Shown here piece after piece: positions 26,924 to 35,497 of a stretch of DNA of 60,549 nucleotides (the first letter of the stretch is position 1; each line of letters opens with the position of its first letter). Source of the stretch: an uncultured Gammaproteobacteria bacterium. Lineage in GTDB: Bacteria > Patescibacteriota > Microgenomatia > 2-02-FULL-39-11. The notes under the pieces are model-generated. The model was not told the DNA's origin, did no database searches, and saw only the letters and a program-made list of their open reading frames with translations. The position numbers and the translations under genes were made by a program. Location: the NCBI GenBank assembly GCA_964362665.1, contig CAYIFB010000003.1:27836-88384 (forward strand). Reading direction: 5' to 3'.

Positions 26924-28831
26924 ATGAATAGAAAATATTTTTATTTCGCCATTCTTCTTTTGATGTTTCCGGTTATTTTCTTCGCGGTTAAAGATTCTCA
27001 GATTATAACCGGTAAAGCCAGTCCTCAAAAAGCCGATATTGTGGTTGATATAAAAAATATCCTTCGTCCCATCAACCCGGTATGGTCAGGACTGTCACAA
27101 GGAGGAGAAGAAAGCCCTCCAATGCTGCATTCAGGTATATCCTTAATCAAACCACTCGCTCCAAAATTGATTCGGATCGATCATATTTATGATTATTATT
27201 CGGTTGTCACTCTCGTCAATGAAAAACCAGTTTACGACTTTAGTAAACTTGATGAGACTGTCGATGATATTATCGCCACAGGCGCTCTGCCTTTTTTCAG
27301 TCTGAGTTATATGCCCAGTGTTTTCACACCAAGCGGTTCAGTAATCGATTTACCTCAAAATTGGGACTTATGGAAAGATTTAGTCAAAGCAACCATAGAG
27401 CATTACAGCGGAAAAAACAGCAGGAATTTGACGGGGGTGTATTACGAGGTTTGGAATGAACCAGAACTTCCCCAGTTTGGAGCCTTTAAATTAAGCGGCG
27501 ATAAAGATTACCGGCTTCTCTATAATTTTGCGGCAAAAGGAGCAAAAGAGGCTCAAAACGTCAATAAATTTTATTTAGGCGGGCCGTCGGTCGGATCTTA
27601 TTATTCATCCTGGGTGACTGATTTTGTGACTTTCGTTGTCCAAAATAAATTGCGACTCGATTTTTATTCCTGGCACCGTTACCATACGAATCCTGAAATT
27701 TTCGAACAAGACGGCATGAAAATCAGAAATAATTTAAAAAATTTTCCTGCTTTTGCCGACCTTCCACTCATGCTAACAGAATGGGGTATGGATTCTGCTA
27801 ACAGTGATTTGAATAATAAAGATATCGCTGCGGCATTTACCATAGCCGCCGTCTCCAGTTTTGAAAATATTATTAATAATTCTTTTGTCTTTGAGATTAA
27901 GGATGGTCCGCCTCCGGCGGGTGGACGATGGGGTCTTTTCACGCATGATTTAGCCAGTCCTCCTTTAACTGTAAAGCCTCGCTATAAAGCCTTTGAATAT
28001 TTAAGTAAAATTTCCGGGGATAAATTAAATCTTACAGGACAAGGATCATATGTCAGAGGTTTGGCGGCAAAAACCTCAACAGGAATTAAGGTAATACTTG
28101 CAAATTTCGATTCTTCCGGCAAAAATATTGAGAATGTTCCGATAACTTTCACTAATCTTGATTCATATTCTTATGATCTGACGTATGAATATCCGTTACA
28201 GGAAAAATCAGGGTTTTTTGAAATTACTTCGTCCAGCGGAACCATCAGTAAATCGTTTATTCTACAACCAAATTCCTTTCTGTATCTGGAATTAAATCCC
28301 AAAGCTCCAATTGCACAATTTGTCCCGGGAAAATCAGGCAATGATTCTGATCAAGCTTTAATACTTTCTTCCACTAAACCACTTATTTTTACCAACCCGC
28401 AGTTCAGTCTGAAACCTGTAGGATCAATATCTTTTGATATTAAACCAATGTGGGGTAGTGATAATAGTGATTTTTTACTTTACGAGATCGCCTTTTCACC
28501 AACTGAAGATAACTCCAGTAGTCTATACCTCAAAAAAAATAAGAATCAGCTGGAATTTGGAATTAAAACGATTGAGAATGAAGCTCTCGTCTCTGTTCCG
28601 ATACAAACTTGGGATGACAATTGGCATCATATTGACGCCTCTTGGGAAAATACTAATTTTTCTTTATCAGTTGATAATTCGCCTCCTATCAGGAATAGCA
28701 TACCCGTGGATATTAGAAATAGCACCGCACTAACTATTTATCCGTTTCACGCGGCAATTGATAATTTGAAAATTGTGGTAGCCGACCAACAGCTGATCGG
28801 TAGGTTTTTTGACGGAAATGTGGATAAATAA
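26924..28831 (+). CDS. Secreted clan GH-A (GH39/GH5-like) glycoside hydrolase with a C-terminal LamG/concanavalin-like domain
   Basis: N-terminal signal/anchor helix. YYEVWNEPE (acid/base Glu after Asn) and LMLTEWG (candidate nucleophile Glu). C-terminal ~180 aa beta-rich domain ending AIDNLKI. Confidence 0.6.
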   Translation: MNRKYFYFAILLLMFPVIFFAVKDSQIITGKASPQKADIVVDIKNILRPINPVWSGLSQGGEESPPMLHSGISLIKPLAPKLIRIDHIYDYYSVVTLVNEKPVYDFSKLDETVDDIIATGALPFFSLSYMPSVFTPSGSVIDLPQNWDLWKDLVKATIEHYSGKNSRNLTGVYYEVWNEPELPQFGAFKLSGDKDYRLLYNFAAKGAKEAQNVNKFYLGGPSVGSYYSSWVTDFVTFVVQNKLRLDFYSWHRYHTNPEIFEQDGMKIRNNLKNFPAFADLPLMLTEWGMDSANSDLNNKDIAAAFTIAAVSSFENIINNSFVFEIKDGPPPAGGRWGLFTHDLASPPLTVKPRYKAFEYLSKISGDKLNLTGQGSYVRGLAAKTSTGIKVILANFDSSGKNIENVPITFTNLDSYSYDLTYEYPLQEKSGFFEITSSSGTISKSFILQPNSFLYLELNPKAPIAQFVPGKSGNDSDQALILSSTKPLIFTNPQFSLKPVGSISFDIKPMWGSDNSDFLLYEIAFSPTEDNSSSLYLKKNKNQLEFGIKTIENEALVSVPIQTWDDNWHHIDASWENTNFSLSVDNSPPIRNSIPVDIRNSTALTIYPFHAAIDNLKIVVADQQLIGRFFDGNVDK

Positions 28832-28842
28832 GACGGTACAGA

Positions 28843-30507
28843 TTAAATCTCAATTCTTGGAGGATTAATCACCTCTGACGCTGTATCAATCATCACTCCT
28901 TGCCTATACTGTTTTACCTTTATAAAGATTTTAGATAACATTTTCATTTGCGGTACTTCCAAAAACCAGGCTAAAAACAGATAAACTGACAAACCCAGTA
29001 AAGTCGAAATGCCTGTCAGCATCATCAGATTTATCGTACGCGTTGTATCAAAAACCAGCTGATCCAATAGTTTGACTGGAATATATAAAAATACTCCTGC
29101 AAATGCCCCGGAGAGGAGGATTTTTAAGGCTGGTACTATCAATTTATAGCGGTCGAAATATTTCACTTTTTTATCGAGAAGAATTAAAAGAAGAATCATG
29201 TTGATAATACTGGCAACAGATGCCGAAAGACCTAAAGCATAAACCTGTAAATGCAAAAAAATGATGAAGTATATTGACAGGAGAGTATTGATGATTATGG
29301 AAATTGTACCGATTATGACAGGTGTTTTGGTATCGTGCAGAGCATAATAACCCCGCGCTATTAGATGGACTAATGATTGGGCAAATAATGATATACCAAA
29401 ATAGGCAAGCGTCTTACCCGTTATGACAGTGCTTTCCCAGTCAAATAGAGAAGATGCTCCAAAGACAAGTCTTACCATAGGGATTCTTAAAACAATCAGG
29501 ATGGCAGATAAAGGAATAACTAAAAATAAAATCTGATGGAAAGAAGATAAAAAAATATTTTTAAACTCCTCGATATTTTTCTTGGCGTAGAAAGAAGAAA
29601 GCGTTGGTAGTGACGCTTGAGCAATACTTGCGCCAAAAAGACCTATCGGAACCTGTTGTAAATTCTGGGCAAAAGTAAATACCGTCACTGAACTTGCTCC
29701 TAAAAGTGACGATAAAACCAGGTCAATCGTGGTGTCAATTTGAGAAACTGCCAAACCGAGCGTTCTTGGTAACATCAATCTAACAACATCACGGGTTCCC
29801 GGATGAGAAAAAGTGAAATTCCATTTATGCCGAAAACCCAGCGAATATGTCAACGGAACTTGAATAAGCATAAACAAAAAAGCTCCTATCACCACACCTA
29901 TAACCGGTGCATAAAGTCCAACTGATGGCGTCAGAAAAACAATACCTATTATAATTCCCAGGTTATATATTACAGGAGCCAGTGAGGGAATAAAAAAATT
30001 TCTAAAGGACTGTAAAATACCGGTAAAAAAATTTCCGACAATTAAAGGAAATACTTGAGCTACAGCGATTATTCTGGTAAATGTACTCATAAGCTCCAAC
30101 TGTTCCCCGCTAAACCCCGGAGCAAGTAACATGGAAATCTGTTTGGTGAATATAACTATCGGCAGACAAAGAAGTCCAAAGACAAGAAGACCTATATTTA
30201 TGAGTGAACTCGCCATTCTAAAAGCTTCCTCTTTTCCTTTACTGTCAAGATAAGAGGTAAAAACTGGAATAAATGCTGTTGACAACGCTCCCATTACTAA
30301 AAGTTCAAAAATCATATTGGGGAGCCTGAAGGCTGCATAATAAATCCCCAAATCCTGAGGAGAAAATCTGGCTGCCAGTAATCTGTCGCGAAAAAGCCCT
30401 AAAACGCGTGAGAGGGCAACTGTAACCATAATTACTGAAGCAGCAGAAATAATGCTCGTTTGCTGCCTGGTAAATATCTCTACTGTTTTTTTAAAAAGCT
30501 TGACCAT
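28843..30507 (-). CDS. murJ: Lipid II flippase MurJ/MviN
   Basis: 554 aa polytopic protein. N-terminal signature SRVLGLFRDRLLAARFS. Confidence 0.9.
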   Translation of the reverse strand: MVKLFKKTVEIFTRQQTSIISAASVIMVTVALSRVLGLFRDRLLAARFSPQDLGIYYAAFRLPNMIFELLVMGALSTAFIPVFTSYLDSKGKEEAFRMASSLINIGLLVFGLLCLPIVIFTKQISMLLAPGFSGEQLELMSTFTRIIAVAQVFPLIVGNFFTGILQSFRNFFIPSLAPVIYNLGIIIGIVFLTPSVGLYAPVIGVVIGAFLFMLIQVPLTYSLGFRHKWNFTFSHPGTRDVVRLMLPRTLGLAVSQIDTTIDLVLSSLLGASSVTVFTFAQNLQQVPIGLFGASIAQASLPTLSSFYAKKNIEEFKNIFLSSFHQILFLVIPLSAILIVLRIPMVRLVFGASSLFDWESTVITGKTLAYFGISLFAQSLVHLIARGYYALHDTKTPVIIGTISIIINTLLSIYFIIFLHLQVYALGLSASVASIINMILLLILLDKKVKYFDRYKLIVPALKILLSGAFAGVFLYIPVKLLDQLVFDTTRTINLMMLTGISTLLGLSVYLFLAWFLEVPQMKMLSKIFIKVKQYRQGVMIDTASEVINPPRIEI

Positions 30508-30528
30508 AGTTAATTACTTTAGTATACT
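30500..30528 (+). promoter_or_regulatory. Promoter TTGACC-17-TATACT of rpsT (leaderless geometry)
   Basis: -35 at 30500-30505 overlaps the murJ start codon on the other strand. -10 at 30523-30528, only 9 nt before the ATG at 30538. No SD. Confidence 0.55.
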
Positions 30529-30537
30529 ACCACAATT

Positions 30538-30861
30538 ATGCCAGTAACCAGATCTGCTGAAAAAAAACTTAGACAAGACCATAAAAGAAAGAAAGTTAAT
30601 CTTTCTGTGAAAAATCAAATTAAGTTGATAACCGGTAAATATAAAAAATCACCTAGTGCATCTCTCCTGGCTAATGTCTATAAAGTTCTGGATACCGCAG
30701 CTAAAAAGAACATTCATCATGCCAATAAAACCGCCAGACTTAAATCTCAATATGCAAAAATGCTAATAACTAAATCTTCAGTAAAACCTCTTCCTCCGAC
30801 TAAAAAAACCGGTAAAAAAAAGAGTAAACCTCATAATTCTTCGAAATCCGCAACAGAATAA
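30538..30861 (+). CDS. rpsT: 30S ribosomal protein S20 with a Lys-rich C-terminal extension
   Basis: 107 aa. N-terminus MPVTRSAEKKLRQDHKRKKVNLSVKNQIK and the central helix are typical of bS20. Confidence 0.88.
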   Translation: MPVTRSAEKKLRQDHKRKKVNLSVKNQIKLITGKYKKSPSASLLANVYKVLDTAAKKNIHHANKTARLKSQYAKMLITKSSVKPLPPTKKTGKKKSKPHNSSKSATE

Positions 30862-30912
30862 TTTCCATAGTTATTATTCCAAATAAATTGTATAATATTA
30901 TTCAATAAAAAA

Positions 30913-31476
30913 TTGAACATGCCTGCCCAAAAAAAACAAGTCAATATTAACCTCATTGAACGGCCTGATGAAAACAACAGTCTTTCCAATCAATTTCTCT
31001 CCTGGGCTTTCACCTACGGACGGTATATCATTATCATCACCCAAATCATAGTTTTATCTGTTTTTTTCTTGAGATTTAAATTTGACCGGGAACACGCGGA
31101 TTTGAAAGAATCTGTCTCACAAAAAGAGGCGATACTTGAATCTGTCAAAGATTTGGAAAATGAGATTAATGGCCTGCAAAATAAACTTTCTGAAATCCGT
31201 AAAATTGTAACAAGCCAGGAAATTCCTGTAAACATACTACGATTCCTGCAGGAAAATTCCCCATCCGATACCAGTTATTCGAATATAAATTATACCAATA
31301 ACCAAATCACATTTACTGCCTCAACCAACAGCTTGAAAAGTTTTAGTACTCTTTTAAAAAGCATCCAGTCGCAAGATAAATTCAGTGAGGTAAATTTGGA
31401 AGATATCCAGAGAAGAAAAAATGGCAGAATTGAATTTAAAATTTCTGCTAAAGTCAATATTAATAAATTTAGTTGA
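30913..31476 (+). CDS. PilN-like type IV pilus assembly protein (tentative)
   Basis: 187 aa. N-terminal VNINLIERP resembles the PilN INLLP motif, followed by a single TM helix, a coiled coil and a C-terminal alpha/beta domain. Confidence 0.45.
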   Translation: MNMPAQKKQVNINLIERPDENNSLSNQFLSWAFTYGRYIIIITQIIVLSVFFLRFKFDREHADLKESVSQKEAILESVKDLENEINGLQNKLSEIRKIVTSQEIPVNILRFLQENSPSDTSYSNINYTNNQITFTASTNSLKSFSTLLKSIQSQDKFSEVNLEDIQRRKNGRIEFKISAKVNINKFS

Positions 31477-31482
31477 AAAAAT

Positions 31483-32094
31483 ATGCTGCCGTCAGTATTT
31501 CATCGTCTAGGAATTAATAAGGCATACCGAAAATTAACTCCTTTGATTAAAAAAAAAAAAACGTCAACATACCTATCGCTAATAATGTCACTTTTATCTA
31601 TATCTTTTTTTGGTTTTTTTGCCATCAGACCAACATTAATTACCGCAGTAACTCTGAATAAAAGTGTAGCCGATCTGAAAAAACTTGATATAGAATATGA
31701 AAATAAAATCGGCAATATCATTACAGCCCAATCAAAATATGAACAAATAAGAGGAGATATTCCCGATATAGAAGAAGCGTTACCTAAAGACGCCGCGTTT
31801 AATCAACTCGCTATAGCGCTTGAAAAGTTCGCCGAGAAATCAAACCTAACTATCAAACAACTACAGATTGACCGATCCCCAATCTCACATTTACCACCCT
31901 CCGGAAAAGTAGAAAATATTCAGTTCAGCGTTTTAACCAGCGGAAATTATGTATCATCTTCAGATTTTATCCAGCATCTTCTTAATTGGAAAAGACTAAG
32001 CACCTTGGAGAGCATGGAACTATCAAAGGAAGGAGGTACAGAAAGCGCTGAAATAAGAATGACGCTAAAAGGCAAAACATATTATGAACCGTAA
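31483..32094 (+). CDS. PilO-like type IV pilus assembly protein (tentative)
   Basis: 203 aa. Basic N-terminus, TM helix, coiled coil and a ferredoxin-like C-terminal part, directly after the PilN-like gene. Contains an A13 tract (31549-31561). Confidence 0.45.
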   Translation: MLPSVFHRLGINKAYRKLTPLIKKKKTSTYLSLIMSLLSISFFGFFAIRPTLITAVTLNKSVADLKKLDIEYENKIGNIITAQSKYEQIRGDIPDIEEALPKDAAFNQLAIALEKFAEKSNLTIKQLQIDRSPISHLPPSGKVENIQFSVLTSGNYVSSSDFIQHLLNWKRLSTLESMELSKEGGTESAEIRMTLKGKTYYEP

Positions 32095-32272
32095 GGAGCT
32101 CGTTATTATAGCAATAGTAATCTTTTTGACCATGGTGGCTTGGGTAGCTTTTGGCATATATCACGCCAAAACTTCTTCAACACTACCTGCAAGTCAGTTA
32201 AAATCTACAACTCCGTTGACACCTAATTTCGATAATGACATAATCAATCAGCTTAAAAATCGCGAAGAATAA
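32084..32272 (+). CDS. Small single-pass membrane protein
   Basis: 62 aa. TM helix LVIIAIVIFLTMVAWVAFGIY. Overlaps both neighbours (11 nt upstream, TAATG junction downstream). Confidence 0.4.
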   Translation: MNRKELVIIAIVIFLTMVAWVAFGIYHAKTSSTLPASQLKSTTPLTPNFDNDIINQLKNREE

Positions 32273-33678
32273 TGTATCGAAAACAAAAAAGAATTCCGAC
32301 CATTCTGGCACTGCTTATTCTATTTGCCGGAATTGGTTCTGCTGTTTATTTTGATCAGAGTTCTAAAACTTTTTTCTCCAGAGCTGAACAGTCGTCCATA
32401 CCGTCAAATGTTCATTTTACCAATATTAGCCAATCCTCCATGACCATATCCTGGCTGACTTCAAAAGCTGTCACAGGAATCATAGAAGTCTCCTCACCTA
32501 ACCAGGATAAACACACCTTTTTGGATGACTTGGATACCGATAATATATCAAGAATTCATAACACCCATAATATAAGTCTCTCAAATCTTACCGAGAATAC
32601 TCTTTACCAGATTAAAATTATTTCCGGCTCTGGTTGTCAAAATACGGCTTCCTGTCCAATTTACCAACAAAAAACATCAGTAAAAATGGACGCGGGTGCA
32701 GTTTTACCTCCGGCGAACGGTACGATTAGAACTGTTGACGGTAATATCGTTGAAGGAGCTCTTGTCTATCTCATTGTTGGTAAAAGTCTACCTCTGTCAG
32801 GCCGAACAGACAGTCTTGGACGTTTTGTTATACCACTCAATAACCTTCGTTCTCAAGATCTCCTGTCAAGGCCCGAGATCGCCGATAATGACATAGTGCA
32901 AATTAATGCTTTTAGAACGCCTGAGGAAAAAACGGATGCGGTGATCGATGTAAAATCAATCAGACAAAATCTGACAATTCCTGATATGAATTTAGGCAAT
33001 TCTTATAATTTTATCGATTTAATTAGTAAAAAGGACCTGTTGTCAAAATCCAGCCAAATAAATATTCTGGGAACACAAAATCAGTTAACCCAACCTACAA
33101 CTACACCTGATAAAAATATTCCTAAAGGAAGCATCGATTTCATCTTTCCGAGAAAAGATGAGGATACAACGCCTGACAACAAACCAAGAATTAAGGGGAC
33201 TGCTCCTCCCAACAGTAAACTTTTAATCGTTATAAATTCTACCCCGCAAAAAGGACAAATTACGGTTGGACCAAGCGGCAGCTGGACATGGCGGCCACCT
33301 CAAGAACTTCCTCCCGGAATTCATCACGTGAGCATACAGGGGTTTGACCAGAACGGAAATATCATCAATATTATCAGAAGTTTTATCGTGCTTAAAAGCG
33401 GAGAACAGGTCTTGGGAGAGGCTACCGCGTCAGCTACCCTGACTCCAAATCCCACTGAAATTCCAACAGCTACTCCGATCATTTCGCCAACCGTATCAAA
33501 AATTTCGCCTTCTCCAACATTAGTTGTATCTATAACGTCTACCCCCACGCCAACCGCCTCTTATCCTTCCTCAACTCCTTCCATCACCCCGCCTCCGACA
33601 GGTAATACCAATATGACTTTATATCTTATTGGAGCAAGCGGATTTCTTCTTCTGGTGGGATTGAAGCTTTTGATATAG
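32272..33678 (+). CDS. Surface protein with FN3-like, carboxypeptidase-regulatory-like and Ig-like domains, Pro/Thr-rich stalk and a C-terminal hydrophobic anchor
   Basis: 468 aa. Signal anchor, FN3-like segment (VHFTNISQSSMTISW...YQIKIISG), GTIRTVDGNIVEGALVYL...GRFVIPL, PT-rich region, C-terminus PPPTGNTNMTLYLIGASGFLLLVGLKLLI. Confidence 0.6.
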   Translation: MYRKQKRIPTILALLILFAGIGSAVYFDQSSKTFFSRAEQSSIPSNVHFTNISQSSMTISWLTSKAVTGIIEVSSPNQDKHTFLDDLDTDNISRIHNTHNISLSNLTENTLYQIKIISGSGCQNTASCPIYQQKTSVKMDAGAVLPPANGTIRTVDGNIVEGALVYLIVGKSLPLSGRTDSLGRFVIPLNNLRSQDLLSRPEIADNDIVQINAFRTPEEKTDAVIDVKSIRQNLTIPDMNLGNSYNFIDLISKKDLLSKSSQINILGTQNQLTQPTTTPDKNIPKGSIDFIFPRKDEDTTPDNKPRIKGTAPPNSKLLIVINSTPQKGQITVGPSGSWTWRPPQELPPGIHHVSIQGFDQNGNIINIIRSFIVLKSGEQVLGEATASATLTPNPTEIPTATPIISPTVSKISPSPTLVVSITSTPTPTASYPSSTPSITPPPTGNTNMTLYLIGASGFLLLVGLKLLI

Positions 33679-33685
33679 TAATCTT

Positions 33686-34783
33686 CTAAGGCTTCATCTG
33701 ACAATTAGCCTCATACATTTCACATTTTATGTAGCTTTGAATTTCATCGAAATTTCCCTTTCTTGGCGTTAAAACCCATTCTCCATTATATTGCCAAAGG
33801 GGAGGGTTGATGAGATAGCCTTTTGTATTTTGCTCCTTATCACCGCTATCCAGTGTAATATGGCGGATGTTTTGCTTAGACATGGTAGAAAATATTCTGG
33901 CAAAACTTAATTTTTCAGACCAATTCATGTCTGAATTGACAGTTGAATTGAAAGTTTTTATAAAATTCACAATTTTCTGCCGATCTTGAAGCGGCGAAAG
34001 ATGGAGTAGTTTTTCTCTAACCGCTTGAATTACCTGTTGCTGTCTTTTAGATCTGGAAAAATCAGTCCCTTCTTTACCGCTGGCGTAACGACTGCGTACA
34101 TACTTTAAGGCTGTAATTCCATCCATGTGTTGCACCCCTCTTATGAAGCTTAATTTTTCGAAGCGACAACTAAAGGCAGGGTCCCCTCCGCAAAAATCGT
34201 TTTCTTTTCCTTCAATAGGAAATTTATCATCTTCAAATGCATCCTCAATATTGACATCCACTCCGTCTAAAAGATCAATAAGTTTCCTGAACCCTGAAAA
34301 ATCCAGTCCTAAGCCGTATTGAACTGGCTCTCCAATAATTTCAGATACTGTGGCTTTAGCTAATATCATTCCCCCTGTTCCTGGTTTTTTTTCTTCACCA
34401 TAGTGGAAAGCAGTATTAATTTTAGCTTTTAGGGAAGGCGCCCATAAATCTCTGGGGATAGAGATAATAAGAATATCTTTTTTAACAGGATCAATGCTCA
34501 AAACCATCATCGTATCAGACAAATCAGACCCCTCATGAATGCCTCCGCTAAAGCCTAGTATCAGAATATTAGATCTGTCCTGATATGATTTGATCGGCAA
34601 CTCTTTGTTAGAAATAAGTTTTAACAGAAACTGGGAGGTAATATTGTTGGCTTTGGTAAAACTATAAAGAGGTAAAACTGCCTTAGAGATGAAAATTAAG
34701 AGTATAAAACAAATGCCAAAAATTAAGGCATATTTGACTAAAAATCTGAATTTCAGAAGCTTCCTTTTAAATCCTTGAGGCAT
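33686..34783 (-). CDS. LytR-CpsA-Psr (LCP) family cell-wall glycopolymer transferase
   Basis: 365 aa. TM anchor and LCP core SDTMMVLSIDPVKKDILIISIPRDLW, GITALKYVRSR. Confidence 0.85.
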   Translation of the reverse strand: MPQGFKRKLLKFRFLVKYALIFGICFILLIFISKAVLPLYSFTKANNITSQFLLKLISNKELPIKSYQDRSNILILGFSGGIHEGSDLSDTMMVLSIDPVKKDILIISIPRDLWAPSLKAKINTAFHYGEEKKPGTGGMILAKATVSEIIGEPVQYGLGLDFSGFRKLIDLLDGVDVNIEDAFEDDKFPIEGKENDFCGGDPAFSCRFEKLSFIRGVQHMDGITALKYVRSRYASGKEGTDFSRSKRQQQVIQAVREKLLHLSPLQDRQKIVNFIKTFNSTVNSDMNWSEKLSFARIFSTMSKQNIRHITLDSGDKEQNTKGYLINPPLWQYNGEWVLTPRKGNFDEIQSYIKCEMYEANCQMKP

Positions 34784-35453
34784 TCTTTATCATCTCCCAA
34801 AATGAACCCGCATCCAGACTGGCTCCGCCCGGCAGTACCCCGTCCAGACCATTCCCCGCCAAAAAATCTTTAATATTTTTTGAGTTAACGCTTCCTCCGT
34901 ATATTATTTTAGCTGCTTTCAAATTTTTTCGGATGCTGTCTGCTACTTTAACGGCATTTTCTCTGGATTCTGTTTTCCCTGTACCTATTGCCCAAACAGG
35001 TTCATAAGCAACCAGGCTGACCGATTGAGGTATCTTTGTTTGACTATCCGGAACACAATAAATTGTCTGTAACCCATGTTGCTTTGCCTGATCAGCTTTG
35101 GCAAAGAGTAACTGCGAGTTTTCTCCAAAATTACTTCTTCTTTCTGAGTGTCCTATGAGAACAAACTTAGCAAAATCAGCAATTTGGCTGGCTTCGACCT
35201 CACCGGTATAGGCGCCCGCAGAAAAAGGCGAAACGTCTTGGGCGCCAAGACTAACTGGCAGATTAAAGTTATTAATAAGTTTAGCGGCCTCGGGTAAATA
35301 GATGAAAGGAGGACAAATTACTATTTCCAGATTATCTAAAGATGTTTGACTTCCCTGTTTGAAAAGTTCGTTAAATTCCGTAAACCATGACTGTACTTCT
35401 AATAAATTTTTATTCGACTTCCAGTTGCCAATAATGTATTTTTTCTCATCCAT
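34767..35453 (-). CDS. tpiA: Triosephosphate isomerase
   Basis: 228 aa. IGNWKSN, LIGHSERR, AYEPVWAIGTGK. Confidence 0.93.
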   Translation of the reverse strand: MDEKKYIIGNWKSNKNLLEVQSWFTEFNELFKQGSQTSLDNLEIVICPPFIYLPEAAKLINNFNLPVSLGAQDVSPFSAGAYTGEVEASQIADFAKFVLIGHSERRSNFGENSQLLFAKADQAKQHGLQTIYCVPDSQTKIPQSVSLVAYEPVWAIGTGKTESRENAVKVADSIRKNLKAAKIIYGGSVNSKNIKDFLAGNGLDGVLPGGASLDAGSFWEMIKNASRI

Positions 35454-35497
35454 AACGGCTGTGATAATAGTCCCGGTTTATAGTAAGATATTGTAAC

